A stretch of DNA of 64,000 nt, from the NCBI GenBank assembly GCA_030065825.1, contig JASJCY010000029.1, forward strand, positions 2,548 to 66,547, given 5' to 3'. Shown here in pieces: positions 10,421 to 20,935 of this stretch. The position numbers and the translations under genes were made by a program. Source of the stretch: Nostocaceae cyanobacterium (GTDB lineage: Bacteria > Cyanobacteriota > Cyanobacteriia > Cyanobacteriales > Nostocaceae). Below the pieces are notes generated by a model. That model was not told the origin of the DNA. It ran no database searches and was given only the letters and a program-made list of their open reading frames with translations. The stretch's first letter is position 1. Each line of letters starts with the position of its first letter.

Positions 10421-12133
10421 ATGAATAATTCTCATCCCCGTGACGTGCAATACGTGCCCATTGCTACGGATAGTTTAGTATTGAGAGCACGTAGTTGGAC
10501 ACGTCTGCGATTTGAAATTGAATTTGCCCGGGCAAAAGGTACTACTGTTAATAGCTATATCATTGAAGGGGATAAAATTGCCGTTATAGACCCATCCCCA
10601 GAAACCTTTACCTCTATATATTTAGAGGCATTGCGGCAGTGTCTTGGTAAGAAAAAGGTAGATTATGTCATATTGGGTCATTTTAATCCTAACAGGTTGG
10701 CAACCCTCAAAGAACTGTTAGACAACTCACCAGATATTACCTTTGTTTGTTCTCTTCCCTGTGCAACTAACTTAACTGCTGCTTTCCCAGACAAAAATTT
10801 AAATATCTTAACCATGCGCGGGAAAGAGACTCTAGATTTAGGCAAGGGTCATGTGTTACGATGTATACCTACTCCTAGTCCCCGCTGGCCCGAAGGACTT
10901 TGCACCTATGACCCCCAAACCCAAATTTTATATACAGGTAAGTTGTTTGGGGCACATGTCTGCGCAGATGAAATGTTTGATGAGAAGTGGGACAGCCTCA
11001 AAGAAGACCAGCGTTACTATTTTGACTGTTTGATGGCTTCCCATGCACCCCACGTCCTGGCTGCATTGGAGAAACTCTCAGAACTACATGTAAGAATGTA
11101 TGCGGTGGGACATGGTCCTTTGGTGCGTTACGGTTTACAGGAATTGACGGAATCCTATGAACATTGGAGTCGTGCTCAAGCTAACCGGGAAATATCCGTA
11201 GCTTTACTGTATGCTTCTGCATACGGTAATACTGCAACCTTAGCCCAGGCGATCGCCTTTGGACTGAATAAGGCTGGGGCTGCTGTTAAATCTATTAACT
11301 GCGAATTTGCGGAACCAGAAGAAATGAAAGCCGCTGTGGAAGAGTCTGATGGCTTTATTATTGGTTCCCCTACCATTGGTGGTCATGCACCAACACCAAT
11401 TTATACTGCTTTGGGTGTGGTATTATCTTTAGCAGACAGGAGTAAACTGGCAGGGGTATTTGGTTCCTATGGTTGGAGTGGGGAAGCCTTTGATTTAATT
11501 GAAGGTAAACTGCGGGAAGCTGGGTATAAATTAGGCTTTGAAACTTTGAAGGTCAAATTCAAGCCTTCCGATGTCACCCTCAAACAATGTGAAGAATTGG
11601 GTACAGACTTTGTACAAACCCTGAAAAAAGCCAGCAAAGTCCGTTTACCACAAAAAGCCGCTACCCCTGTAGAACAGGCTGTGGGTAGAATTGTGGGTTC
11701 TGTTTGTATCATTTCTGCGAAGCAAGGGGATGTATCTACGGGGATGATGAGCGCTTGGGTATCTCAAGCTACTTTTAATCCACCAGGAATTACGGTAGCA
11801 GTTGCCAAAGACAGGGCAGTTGAATCTTTGTTATATTCAGATGCTAAATTTGTCTTGAATATTCTCCCTGAAGGCAGACATCAGGAATATATAAAGCATT
11901 TCCGCAAGTCTTTTGCCCCAGGAGAAGACCGGTTTGCCCCCTTTGATACCACAGTAGCAGATAATGGTTGTCTAGTGTTGTGCGACTCCTCAGCCTATTT
12001 AGAATGTATTGTTCAACAGCGCATGGAATGCGGCGACCACTGGGTATTTTATGCAACTGTTGACAACGGGAAATTACTGGAACCTGATGCCGTCACAGCT
12101 GTCCACCATCGCAAGACTGGTACTCATTATTAA
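10421..12133 (+). CDS. flv1: Flavodiiron protein, Flv1-type (non-canonical diiron site)
   Basis: Same three-module layout as the upstream gene, but the ligand motif is replaced by GHFNPNR. The ATG at 10421 (MNNSHPRDVQY) is preferred over the TTG at 10382. Confidence 0.75.
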   Translation: MNNSHPRDVQYVPIATDSLVLRARSWTRLRFEIEFARAKGTTVNSYIIEGDKIAVIDPSPETFTSIYLEALRQCLGKKKVDYVILGHFNPNRLATLKELLDNSPDITFVCSLPCATNLTAAFPDKNLNILTMRGKETLDLGKGHVLRCIPTPSPRWPEGLCTYDPQTQILYTGKLFGAHVCADEMFDEKWDSLKEDQRYYFDCLMASHAPHVLAALEKLSELHVRMYAVGHGPLVRYGLQELTESYEHWSRAQANREISVALLYASAYGNTATLAQAIAFGLNKAGAAVKSINCEFAEPEEMKAAVEESDGFIIGSPTIGGHAPTPIYTALGVVLSLADRSKLAGVFGSYGWSGEAFDLIEGKLREAGYKLGFETLKVKFKPSDVTLKQCEELGTDFVQTLKKASKVRLPQKAATPVEQAVGRIVGSVCIISAKQGDVSTGMMSAWVSQATFNPPGITVAVAKDRAVESLLYSDAKFVLNILPEGRHQEYIKHFRKSFAPGEDRFAPFDTTVADNGCLVLCDSSAYLECIVQQRMECGDHWVFYATVDNGKLLEPDAVTAVHHRKTGTHY

Positions 12134-12149
12134 GTATATAAGGGCAAGG

Positions 12150-12510
12150 CATTGCCCTGTTTAGCTCCTCGTTCCTTGCCAGAGGCAAGGAATGCAGCGA
12201 TTGAGGCTCCCGCCTCAAATCCTGACTGGAGGCGGGAGCCTCTCGTGAGTGCATTTCCAGGCGGTCGCCTGGAAACGAGAGAAGGGCTGTGTCTTAACTT
12301 ACCTCTCGTTACAAGGTTTTACCTTGCAATGCATTTTAAAGCGGGTTTAGCTGTCATTAGCTCTGGTAGCTCTCGTTACAAGGTTTTACCTTCTGATGCA
12401 TTTAGGGCGGGCTGTTGCCTCCCATTCAGTCTGGAGGCAGAGCCTCCCAGTATAGGTTTCCAGTCTGGAGGCTGGAAACTAGTTGGGGTAAGGGCTGTAT
12501 CTTAACTTAG
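12150..12510. repeat. Cluster of nested hairpin repeats (MITE-like / small dispersed repeats)
   Basis: Inverted repeats include GAGGCTCCCGCCTC...GGAGGCGGGAGCCTC, TTTCCAGGCGGTCGCCTGGAAA and TTTCCAGTCTGGAGGCTGGAAA. The direct repeat GGGCTGT(G/A)TCTTAACTTA occurs at ~12285 and ~12493, and CTCGTTACAAGGTTTTACCTT occurs twice. Confidence 0.7.
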
Positions 12511-13072
12511 TCAATTAAAATATTGTCTGATGAAATTACCCTTTGCTTAGGTGTAGTATTTTGGTTATATAATCAGCAATTTTAACCAGGACAATCCCAT
12601 ATACATTGTGTACGGTTTAACTAGGTAATTAGTGGCTAGTGTCTATAACGCTACTAGCTACTATCACCAGGAGTGTATATTATTGTACTAGTTCCATGAT
12701 TCCAGAACCTAGCAAAATAGAATTTCCCCTTTGGCAGTATCTCAATCAACCCCTGTTTAGTGCTGATGCTAAACTAATCCTAAATCCGCGTCGTTTTGCC
12801 CATCTTCACAGAATAGAACTTTTAGAAAGGTGCTGGGCTAAAAAATGTGATGCTAAGGGTTCTTATTGAAATTTGATATGATGTAAAATTTTAGATTTTT
12901 GATTAACCAATATTAACACCTCCAGTGCTAGCTGTGGAGTGTATAGTCTTTGACAAGAGAGTGGGGGTAAAGAATAAGAAATCTTTCTAAATTTACCCTC
13001 TATTTGTAGAAAACAACGAACTATTTATGTAGTTATTCATACATTTATCAATAAAATTGACATTCCTAATAC

Positions 13073-13193
13073 ACATCTTGCACCTGGGTTGTGAAACCGG
13101 GTTTATGAACGAAAAATTGGGGTTTTAACAAGTCAATATTCGCATCGGAACCCGGTTTCTCGATACTTGCCCTTGAATGGTGCAAGATATGAC
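13073..13193. mobile_element. MITE-like element, family 'CATATCTTGCACC...GGTGCAAGAT(A/G)TG' with internal AAACCGGGTTT inverted repeats
   Basis: The terminal inverted repeats are CACATCTTGCACC / GGTGCAAGATATG. Sibling copies lie at 46953-47069 and 55038-55153, with degenerate copies at 46680-46766, 56486-56527 and 60669-60740. Confidence 0.75.
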
Positions 13194-13269
13194 TTAATTT
13201 ATTTTTAGGATTAATCCCAAATTGAGTTAGGGTAAGATACCATGCTTTTGGAATCTTGCTTTTGGGGGA

Positions 13270-15912
13270 ATGCATATGTCTTTTGTTCCTTTGCACATTC
13301 ACAGTGACTACAGTCTCTTGGATGGTGCTAGTCAGTTACCAAGTTTAATAAATCGTGCCATTGAATTGGGGATAAAAGCGATTGCACTGACGGATCATGG
13401 TGTAATGTATGGTGCAATCGAACTGATAAAAACTTGTCGTAATAAAAATATTAAGCCAATTATTGGCAATGAAATGTATATTATTAATGGGGATATTGAG
13501 AAACAAGAACGTGGTCGTCGTCGTTTTCATCAAGTTGTTTTAGCTAAAAATACTAAAGGTTATAAAAATTTAGTTAAGTTAACTACAATTTCTCATCTCC
13601 AAGGTGTGCAAGGCAAAGGGGTTATTGCGCGTCCTTGTATTAATAAAGATTTACTCAAACAATATCATCAAGATTTGATTGTTACTAGTGCTTGTTTGGG
13701 TGGAGAAATACCCCAAGCAATTCTTAGTGGTAAACTAGATGTAGCTAGAACAGTAGCACAATGGTATAAAGATGTATTTGGTGATGATTTTTATTTAGAA
13801 ATTCAAGACCATGGTTCCCAAGAAGATAGAATTGTCAATGTAGAAATTATTAAAATTGCACGGGAATTAGGAATTAAATTTATTGCTACTAACGACTCGC
13901 ACTATATTTCTTGTTATGACGTAGAAGCACATGACGCTTTGCTATGTATTCAAACCAATAAATTAATTGTTGAAGAAAAGCGGATGCGTTACAGCGGTAC
14001 AGAATATTTAAAATCCGCTGAAGAAATGAAACAATTATTTCGTGACCATTTACCGGATGATGTCATTGAAGAAGCCATAGCTACAACTTTAGAAGTTGCA
14101 GATAAAATTGAACCTTATAATAATATTTTGGGGGAACCGCGTATTCCTGATTATCCCATCCCATCTGGTCATACTGCTGATACCTTTGTGGAAGAAGTTG
14201 CTTGGGAAGGACTTTTAGAAAAGCTGAATCGTAAATTTCGCAGTGAAATCGATTCAACTTATAAAGAAAGGTTGGAATATGAATTAAAAATGATTCAGAG
14301 GATGGGTTTTTCTACATACTTTTTAGTTGTGTGGGACTACATAAAATTTGCCAGAGATAATAATATTCCCGTAGGTCCAGGTCGGGGTTCTGCTGCTGGT
14401 TCTTTGGTTGCTTATGCCATGGGAATTACTAATATTGACCCTGTTCATCATGGGTTATTATTTGAAAGATTTCTCAACCCAGAACGGAAATCCATGCCAG
14501 ACATTGATACGGATTTTTGTATTGAACAACGAGATAAAGTAATTGAATATGTAGCAGATAAATATGGAGTAGATAAAGTAGCGCAAATCATTACTTTTAA
14601 CCGCATGACTTCTAAAGCGGTGTTAAAAGATGTTGCGAGGGTGTTAAATATTCCCTATGCGGAATCAGATAAAATGGCGAAATTAATTCCTGTATCTAGG
14701 GGTAAACCAGCCAAACTAAAAGTGATGATTTCTGATGAAACTCCAGAACCAGAATTTAAGGAAAAATACGATAACGACCCCAGAGTTCGTCATTGGGTCG
14801 ATATGGCAATTAGAATTGAAGGAACTAACAAAACCTTTGGTGTTCATGCAGCAGGAGTGGTAATTTCTGCGGAACCATTAGATGAAATTGTACCCTTACA
14901 AAGAAACAATGATGGTTCTGTAATTACCCAATATTATATGGAAGATTTGGATTCCATGGGCTTGTTAAAAATGGATTTTCTGGGGTTAAAAAACCTGACT
15001 ATGATTCAGAAAACCATTGATTTAATCGAACAAAACCTTGGATATAGAATTGACCCCTATGATATTACAACCCAGGAACGAAAAGCTCAAAAAATATTAG
15101 CTAAAGGTGAACATACTGTTCTCCCCAAAGACGTAGAAAAGACTTACCAACTTTTAGAAGCTGGGGACTTAGAAGGAGTATTTCAATTAGAATCTTCGGG
15201 GATGCGTCAAATAGTCAGAGATTTGAAACCTTCTAACATCGAAGATATTTCTTCTATTTTGGCTTTATATCGACCCGGACCATTAGATGCAGGACTAATT
15301 CCTAAATTTATTAACCGTAAACATGGGAGAGAAAATATTGAGTATGAACACAATATTCTGGAACCAATATTAGATGAGACCTATGGAATTATGGTGTATC
15401 AAGAGCAAATTATGAAAATTGCTCAAGATATGGCTGGTTACTCCCTAGGACAAGCTGATTTACTGCGTCGTGCAATGGGAAAAAAGAAATTAGCAGAAAT
15501 GCAAAAGCATCGAGAAGTCTTTATTGACGGTGCAGCTAAAAATGGAGTTAATAAAAAAGTTGCAGAAGATTTATTCGAGCAAATGCTAAAATTTGCTGAG
15601 TATTGTTTGAGCTATGATACTCCAGTTTTAACCCTAGAATACGGATTAATTCCTATTGGTGAAATTGTAGAGAAAGGAATTGAATGTCAAGTCTTTACTA
15701 TTGATAAAAATGGCAATATTTACAGCCAACCAATTGCCCAATGGCACCAACGGGGAGAACAAGAAGTGTTTGAATATGAATTAGAAGACGGTTCCGTAAT
15801 TCGAGCAACTAAAGACCATAAATTTATGACTACTGATGGACAAATGTTGCCAATAGATGAGATATTTACACAAGGTTTAGACTTGATGCAAGTGAAGGAT
15901 TTACCACAATAA
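13270..15912 (+). CDS. dnaE: DNA polymerase III alpha subunit, N-terminal split fragment (DnaE-N) fused to the N half of the split DnaE intein
   Basis: The PHP domain starts [15 protein letters not shown] and the polymerase core follows. The extein ends at ...KFAEY and is followed by [24 protein letters not shown]...[21 protein letters not shown], which closely resembles the Npu/Ssp DnaE IntN. The stop comes right after the 102-aa intein half. Confidence 0.95.
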   Translation: MHMSFVPLHIHSDYSLLDGASQLPSLINRAIELGIKAIALTDHGVMYGAIELIKTCRNKNIKPIIGNEMYIINGDIEKQERGRRRFHQVVLAKNTKGYKNLVKLTTISHLQGVQGKGVIARPCINKDLLKQYHQDLIVTSACLGGEIPQAILSGKLDVARTVAQWYKDVFGDDFYLEIQDHGSQEDRIVNVEIIKIARELGIKFIATNDSHYISCYDVEAHDALLCIQTNKLIVEEKRMRYSGTEYLKSAEEMKQLFRDHLPDDVIEEAIATTLEVADKIEPYNNILGEPRIPDYPIPSGHTADTFVEEVAWEGLLEKLNRKFRSEIDSTYKERLEYELKMIQRMGFSTYFLVVWDYIKFARDNNIPVGPGRGSAAGSLVAYAMGITNIDPVHHGLLFERFLNPERKSMPDIDTDFCIEQRDKVIEYVADKYGVDKVAQIITFNRMTSKAVLKDVARVLNIPYAESDKMAKLIPVSRGKPAKLKVMISDETPEPEFKEKYDNDPRVRHWVDMAIRIEGTNKTFGVHAAGVVISAEPLDEIVPLQRNNDGSVITQYYMEDLDSMGLLKMDFLGLKNLTMIQKTIDLIEQNLGYRIDPYDITTQERKAQKILAKGEHTVLPKDVEKTYQLLEAGDLEGVFQLESSGMRQIVRDLKPSNIEDISSILALYRPGPLDAGLIPKFINRKHGRENIEYEHNILEPILDETYGIMVYQEQIMKIAQDMAGYSLGQADLLRRAMGKKKLAEMQKHREVFIDGAAKNGVNKKVAEDLFEQMLKFAEYCLSYDTPVLTLEYGLIPIGEIVEKGIECQVFTIDKNGNIYSQPIAQWHQRGEQEVFEYELEDGSVIRATKDHKFMTTDGQMLPIDEIFTQGLDLMQVKDLPQ
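15604..15909 (+). other. Split-intein N-fragment (IntN, 102 aa) of DnaE
   Basis: Cys1 is at 15604 (TGT) after extein residues AEY. Block A (CLSYDT) and block B (TKDHKF) are present. Confidence 0.9.
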
Positions 15913-16427
15913 AATGTAGGGTGTGTTGTCCCAAAGCGCAACGCACCAATCACAACCTTTTTTAACACAATTGATAACTGAAGGTGGGTTGCCATTCTGC
16001 ATAATGTACCCTAGGTCTTAAAAAGTCTAACAAACCAGATTTCTATAAGTTATACCAATTTGAAAAAAGAATGCGACACATGATTGGTTGCTAGGGGTGC
16101 GGTTTCCGCACCCCTACAATTGGATCTGTCGCAAACATTTTTTGATTTGGTATTATTTTTCACTTTAGCTAGACAGTAGTCATCAAAATAACCCCCCATT
16201 GCGGGGGAGTTAACAATTAGACTACAACCCCCTTCAATTCCTTAAACAATAACCTACAACCGTAAGCAGCAGTTTGGGAAATAACCAAATTACCAAAACC
16301 CCCCCTCACCTCCTTATCTTTAACCCCAGGGGCAATATCACCCCCAACCATTGAGGTTGTTAACCCCATCTGCATGGTTTGTAATCTGAGGTTTAAAGTT
16401 GCCTCCAGTTGCGGTTGGAGTTCCTTA

Positions 16428-16605
16428 CCTGATTGACTGACAAATCTTTTTGATCTAGGTTGGGTTGTAGCTTGCTTCCCCGGAGGGGTAGCATGTAGAC
16501 GCAACAGCGGCTTTGAGCAGAGTAACCCAACAACTGCAACCGATTGCGTTGGGTGGAGGGGCTACGAAATTTCAACACTTCCAAGACTTTTGTCAGTCAA
16601 CCAGG
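16428..16605. mobile_element. MITE-like element, family 'CCTG(A/G)TTGACTGACAAA' TIR
   Basis: The TIRs are CCTGATTGACTGACAAA / TTTGTCAGTCAACCAGG. Siblings lie at 55871-56047 and 60397-60535. Confidence 0.8.
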
Positions 16606-17116
16606 TTCCTTACTGACCATGGGGATAAGATTTTGGGTAAGCGATCGCTTAAATTGCACAAGTGCCTGTTGCTGGAGTCTGGCAACAGCCTTTTGTTTCC
16701 ACAATTCTGAATTGTCCTGAAATTGGGCTTTTCGGGAATCGTAGAACTCCCCCAACTTCTTACCAATATCATTTTTATTAAGAGCGTGTTTTGGTGCGAT
16801 CGCATTCAAAACCCACAAATACAACTGGCAGTTGGAGTACAAAGCAATTTGACCAGAGATGCTTTTGACGCAAATATTGATAGCTCAATTTACACTGAAC
16901 CTGGTTTTTCCCAATTTATTCCCAAGGGTGAAAACAATGATACCTATAGGATTGATGGTATTACTTTTAATCTTGCAAGACTAGACGTAAGCGCATTATT
17001 CCTTTACCTGTGGTTGATAACGGTATTTACAAGGGTGCAATTTACGCTCAAGTCACAAAAAAAGTAAATGTTGACTCGACAGAATATTCTTATCCACAAA
17101 TTTCGCAATAAATACT

Positions 17117-17392
17117 ATGAGCGTTAATGATTTAATTGCTCTATGTGCTTTACTTTTAAGTATTGGAGGTACTGCAATTGCAATTGTTTTTTGGTACGTT
17201 AATTATGAAAAACGAAAATACAGACTAGAAAGAGATTTCGCTCATCTTAAGCGAAACTACGAACAAATTAATCACAATTTGCTGGCAATTCTTTCTGAAT
17301 TAGACAACAGATTTGACCGGGTAGAAAGAGACATTTTAGAGGTCAAATCAAATCTAAGTTTATCTACAAAGCGGAAAAATCAAGAATATTAA
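17117..17392 (+). CDS. Hypothetical small membrane-anchored coiled-coil protein
   Basis: 91 aa with an N-terminal TM helix (LIALCALLLSIGGTAIAIVFWYV) and a charged helix. No family recognised. Confidence 0.45.
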   Translation: MSVNDLIALCALLLSIGGTAIAIVFWYVNYEKRKYRLERDFAHLKRNYEQINHNLLAILSELDNRFDRVERDILEVKSNLSLSTKRKNQEY

Positions 17393-17536
17393 CATCCACT
17401 CTGTTGTAATTTTCCTGATGGTGTTGGGTAGCTTTGGAGATTTAGCACTACCTTGGGAGGTTGTTACCGGAATTGGTTGAATAGGTTCTGTGGGGATTCG
17501 GTATACTTAGTGGAAGTCTGTCTTAGGGTTTAACCA

Positions 17537-18280
17537 ATGAAACAGCTCCTCAATCATATACTAAACTGGAAAACACACCTGCAAAAGCTGATATTGCCAG
17601 CAGCAATCATAACTATCGTTTTCTCTTTGTTCACTACATCTGCTTTAGCTACAGGTGTGTATGAAATGCCAAATCTAACCGCAGGTGATAACACCTGGGT
17701 TGTAGATGAAGCCGATGTCCTTAGTCGTGTGAACAAAGGTAAAATTAGCAACGCTTTTGAAGACTTGGCATCAAAAACTGGAATAGAAGTTAGAATTACT
17801 ACCATTCGCCGTTTAGACTATGGTGAAACCCCCCAAAGCTTCACCCAAGCATTATTTGAAAAATGGTTTCCTACCCCAGAAACTCAAGCAAATCAAGCCA
17901 TCTTAATGATTGATACTCTGACTAACAATAGTGCCATTGTTAGGGGTGAGAAAGTCAAATCTGTATTACCAGATGACATTGCTAGAAGTATCGCTAACGA
18001 AACATTGTTAGTACCCTTACGAGCTGGTAATAAATATAATCAGGCATTTGTAGATGCTAGCGATCGCCTAGCAACAGTGATTTCCGGACAACCCGATCCA
18101 GGACCACCACAGATTACTGAAAATATTCAGGCAGAAAGTACATTCAAGAATGCAGAAGAAACAGAACGAGATCGAGGTAATGCCATTGCTTGGGTAGTAG
18201 GACTATTAATAGCTGCTACCGTTATCCCTATGGCGACTTATTACCTTTATCAGGTAAACCAGCCATCTTCTGATGGTTAA
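17537..18280 (+). CDS. TPM-domain protein, Psb32/TLP18.3-like (photosystem II repair-cycle family)
   Basis: N-terminal signal/TM segment, TPM-like core (VVDEADVLS...IEVRITTIRRLDYGETPQSF...) and a C-terminal TM anchor. This matches the Psb32 topology. Confidence 0.7.
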   Translation: MKQLLNHILNWKTHLQKLILPAAIITIVFSLFTTSALATGVYEMPNLTAGDNTWVVDEADVLSRVNKGKISNAFEDLASKTGIEVRITTIRRLDYGETPQSFTQALFEKWFPTPETQANQAILMIDTLTNNSAIVRGEKVKSVLPDDIARSIANETLLVPLRAGNKYNQAFVDASDRLATVISGQPDPGPPQITENIQAESTFKNAEETERDRGNAIAWVVGLLIAATVIPMATYYLYQVNQPSSDG

Positions 18281-18575
18281 AAAAACCCTGATGACAAAAA
18301 TTTTTCACTATCAAGGATGAAAGTTATTTTACCCTGCTCACTACTCACTCTGAAAAAACACAGGCAATAGGCAACAGGGAATAGGGAATAGCGAACTTTT
18401 AACAGGGTAAGTTTTTCTTCCATTCGTAGCGGGTGGTACACTGCCTCTGGGTTGCTTTCAAATGAAAATACCTCTTAACAGGTAAGAGGTATTTTCAAGT
18501 TAATCCTTCATAAACCTTTATACACAACTTTGCCATGAAGATACCTCTTCCCCAGTGCTTATTTTTAAGCTAGTA

Positions 18576-18720
18576 TGTCAACAAATCATGATAAAAAAAA
18601 TGGCAGGGTAAACCAACCTATACCCATATTATAGCATGAAATTTCGGGACTGCAACCATTGAAATCTCGTTCCCTCAAAAATGAAAATAGTTGTCCCAAA
18701 TCTGGATTTTCGGGAGAAAA
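18576..18720 (-). repeat. Copy F of the promoter-bearing ~170-bp dispersed repeat family (minus orientation)
   Basis: The minus strand reads GGTTGCAG-N16-TATAAT...GGTTTACCCTGCCATTTTTTTTATCATGATTTGTTGACA. The copy is flanked by ~45-bp imperfect direct repeats at 18516-18558 and 18746-18792. Confidence 0.75.
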
Positions 18721-18827
18721 AGAACATTTTGGAAATTGTAATCAAACTTTATTGTATACAAGCTTGCCATGAAAATACCTCTTCTCCACTGCCGACTGTC
18801 TCCAGCAAAGCTTCAAGCTACTCCCTA

Positions 18828-18941
18828 CGTCGGTGTTCTAAGATTACCTATAAAAATTTCTCCCCTTCTTCCCCGTCTTCCCCCTCTTTCCCTCTTAAGG
18901 GTTTCACTCAATTTGGTAATCTTCTAGCGGGAGGGGAGTAG
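18828..18941. mobile_element. MITE-like element, family 'CTACTCCC(C)T...GGTAATCTT' (inverted copy at 52957-53068)
   Basis: The reverse complement aligns almost base-for-base with 52957-53068, and the element has its own ~27-bp TIRs. Confidence 0.8.
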
Positions 18942-19153
18942 TACTCAACCAGATTAATTTTGGGTGAAGTATTTTACCAAGTAATTCGAGAAATTACCGC
19001 ATAAGAATATAGCAGTGTTGGATGATTTTACGTTTTGTTACATAATTTAGTTTTTTTCTGCCTACTTACTCTATTATGTAGGGACGGGGTTACCCTACCC
19101 CTTTACCCTTTACCATTTATCAACTGTTGTGCATCTAAATGCACAACAGCTTA

Positions 19154-19537
19154 TTAATCTTGCACATACTCTTGCCCTGTCACCAAAGCATACTCAGCTT
19201 TGACAAATTCCCTACCTAAATATGCCGCATGATCTAACATGGTCACAACAGAGGGCTGAGTTTGTTCAAAAAGTTTTACACACAATTCCTTAGCAGTTCT
19301 AGCGCTATACAAAGTTGAGTGAGTTCGTTCCACTTTTCCCTTAGCAGGAATCACTTTTCCCGTTTCTGGATCGACAGCTAAACCCCGTTCATCAATCACA
19401 TTGGTGAAATGCTTGGCACAAATTAACCGAGCTTCTCGATCTAGGTAAATAATAAAATATCCACCAGGGTCAAGGTTAATGTGGCGCTGAGAAAGTTTAT
19501 CATCAATTGCTGCCAGGTTTTCTACTGTCAGATCCAT
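19154..19537 (-). CDS. Conserved cyanobacterial protein, probably DUF4346 family
   Basis: 127 aa with LDPGGYFIIYLD... and ...LDHAAYLGREFVKAEYALVTGQEYVQD, which resemble the DUF4346 pattern from memory. Confidence 0.5.
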   Translation of the reverse strand: MDLTVENLAAIDDKLSQRHINLDPGGYFIIYLDREARLICAKHFTNVIDERGLAVDPETGKVIPAKGKVERTHSTLYSARTAKELCVKLFEQTQPSVVTMLDHAAYLGREFVKAEYALVTGQEYVQD

Positions 19538-19666
19538 AATTACTCTAAAAATGAAATTTTATTCAGGGCTTTTACGCTTATTTTTAAGTGTAATAGGTAA
19601 TGAACAATGGGTAAATGAAAAATAAAATTACCAATTACCAATTACCCATTACCAGTTACCAAGTAT

Positions 19667-20845
19667 TTATTTTTTTTGAGAAAAAGGCAACTCTGCATTT
19701 ATGGCTGTAATTTCCTGCTGTTCCAATTGATTTACCTCCCGGATATAAGGACACAAGATTTGTTGTAAACGACTATTGTAAAAGCGGTGCAAACTATAAT
19801 TTGGTCTAGCCGGAAAACCACGGCGTTTTTTGTGACGTCCCCCAGCACCAGGGTCAAAAATTTCGATATTATTGGAAATTGCCCAGTCAATGGGTGCATA
19901 ATAACAAGCGTCAAAATGCAAACAATCTATTTCCTGAAAGCTACCCCAATAACGTCCATATAGGCGATCGCCTTTAAACAGACAAAAGGACATTCCCAAG
20001 GGAAGGCGATTGTCTTGTTCGCTGTATGCTGCTACAAATAATACCCGGTGGCGATAATTGCTATGTAGCTGTTCAAAAAAGCGTTTTGTCAGATATTTGC
20101 TACCCCACCAGCCAAATTTATCACAGGTATCGGCATAAAAATCATACATCAAAGAAAACAGTGACTTGGGTATTTCTTCCCCTGTGAGTGTTTGTAGTTG
20201 TAAACCAGCTTTTGCTACCGCTTTGCGTTCCCGTTTGATATTGCGGCGTTGGTTAGCATTAAACACTTGTAAATAGTCATCAAAACTGTTAAATCCCAGA
20301 TTTTCCCAAATATAGCTATGGTGTAGCCAGGGGGTAAAACCATGGCGTTCGATGACTAGTTGCCATTCGGGATCTACAAACAGAAAATTACAACCACTGA
20401 GGCGGTGTTTGAGGCAAAAGTCGTCAATTTCATGCACCATCATTGCCGTGATTTCATCCTCATCTTCCCTAGGAGAAATCAAAAACCGATAACCTTCTAC
20501 CGGGGTGAATGGTGACATTCCCAGCATTTTCGGGTAGTATTCCACACCCAAACGATGAGCTACTTCTGCCCACTGATGGTCAAAGACAAATTCGCCATAA
20601 CTATGTCCTTTAATGTAAAGTGGGGCAGCAGCAATTAGGGTTCTATCTCGCCACAGGGTTAAGTGATTTGGTAACCATCCAGTTTTCGCGGTTGTACTCC
20701 CAGAAGTTTCCAAATTTTTGAGCCATTCCCACTCTAAAAATGGGGTTTTCAATGGTATTGCCAAAGTATCCCATGCTTGTTGGGGTACTTCCGAAATTTT
20801 GTTAATCCAGGCAACAGAATAGCGAGGCTTGAGTTGTTCCACCAT
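19667..20845 (-). CDS. FemAB-like / GNAT-fold acyltransferase family protein (DUF482, PF04339-like)
   Basis: 392 aa with WEWLKNLETSGS...GWLPNHLTLWRD...YIKGHSYGEFVFDHQWA...YYPKMLGMSPFTP, typical of this family. Confidence 0.65.
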   Translation of the reverse strand: MVEQLKPRYSVAWINKISEVPQQAWDTLAIPLKTPFLEWEWLKNLETSGSTTAKTGWLPNHLTLWRDRTLIAAAPLYIKGHSYGEFVFDHQWAEVAHRLGVEYYPKMLGMSPFTPVEGYRFLISPREDEDEITAMMVHEIDDFCLKHRLSGCNFLFVDPEWQLVIERHGFTPWLHHSYIWENLGFNSFDDYLQVFNANQRRNIKRERKAVAKAGLQLQTLTGEEIPKSLFSLMYDFYADTCDKFGWWGSKYLTKRFFEQLHSNYRHRVLFVAAYSEQDNRLPLGMSFCLFKGDRLYGRYWGSFQEIDCLHFDACYYAPIDWAISNNIEIFDPGAGGRHKKRRGFPARPNYSLHRFYNSRLQQILCPYIREVNQLEQQEITAINAELPFSQKK

Positions 20846-20935
20846 CAGGGGTTCCGCAACAAAAATTTAAGGCACAGCTTTACTTAAGTTAATCCAATTA
20901 AGCCTCCAATTGCAGGCTTAAGGTAACCCAGAACA

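Noticed and set aside
12152-12505. 117-aa ORF
   Set aside because: It lies wholly in the hairpin and MITE block. Its composition is driven by palindromes and it has no start context.
13066-13302. 78-aa minus-strand ORF upstream of dnaE
   Set aside because: It spans the CATATCTTGCACC-family MITE and overlaps the dnaE start.
16217-16584. ORFs 16217-16504 and 16393-16584, and the similar ORF at 55878-56078 (shared HATPPGKQATTQ peptide)
   Set aside because: The shared peptide arises because both ORFs read through copies of the same MITE. Neither extends meaningfully into unique sequence.
16597-17067. Overlapping ORFs 16593-16842 (-) and 16723-17067 (+)
   Set aside because: They are mutually overlapping and one runs into a MITE. 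No recognisable family or start signals were seen. They may be relics of a disrupted gene, but I cannot support a call.
18681-18941. 86-aa ORF
   Set aside because: It is composed of copy F of the dispersed repeat plus the 18828-18941 MITE.
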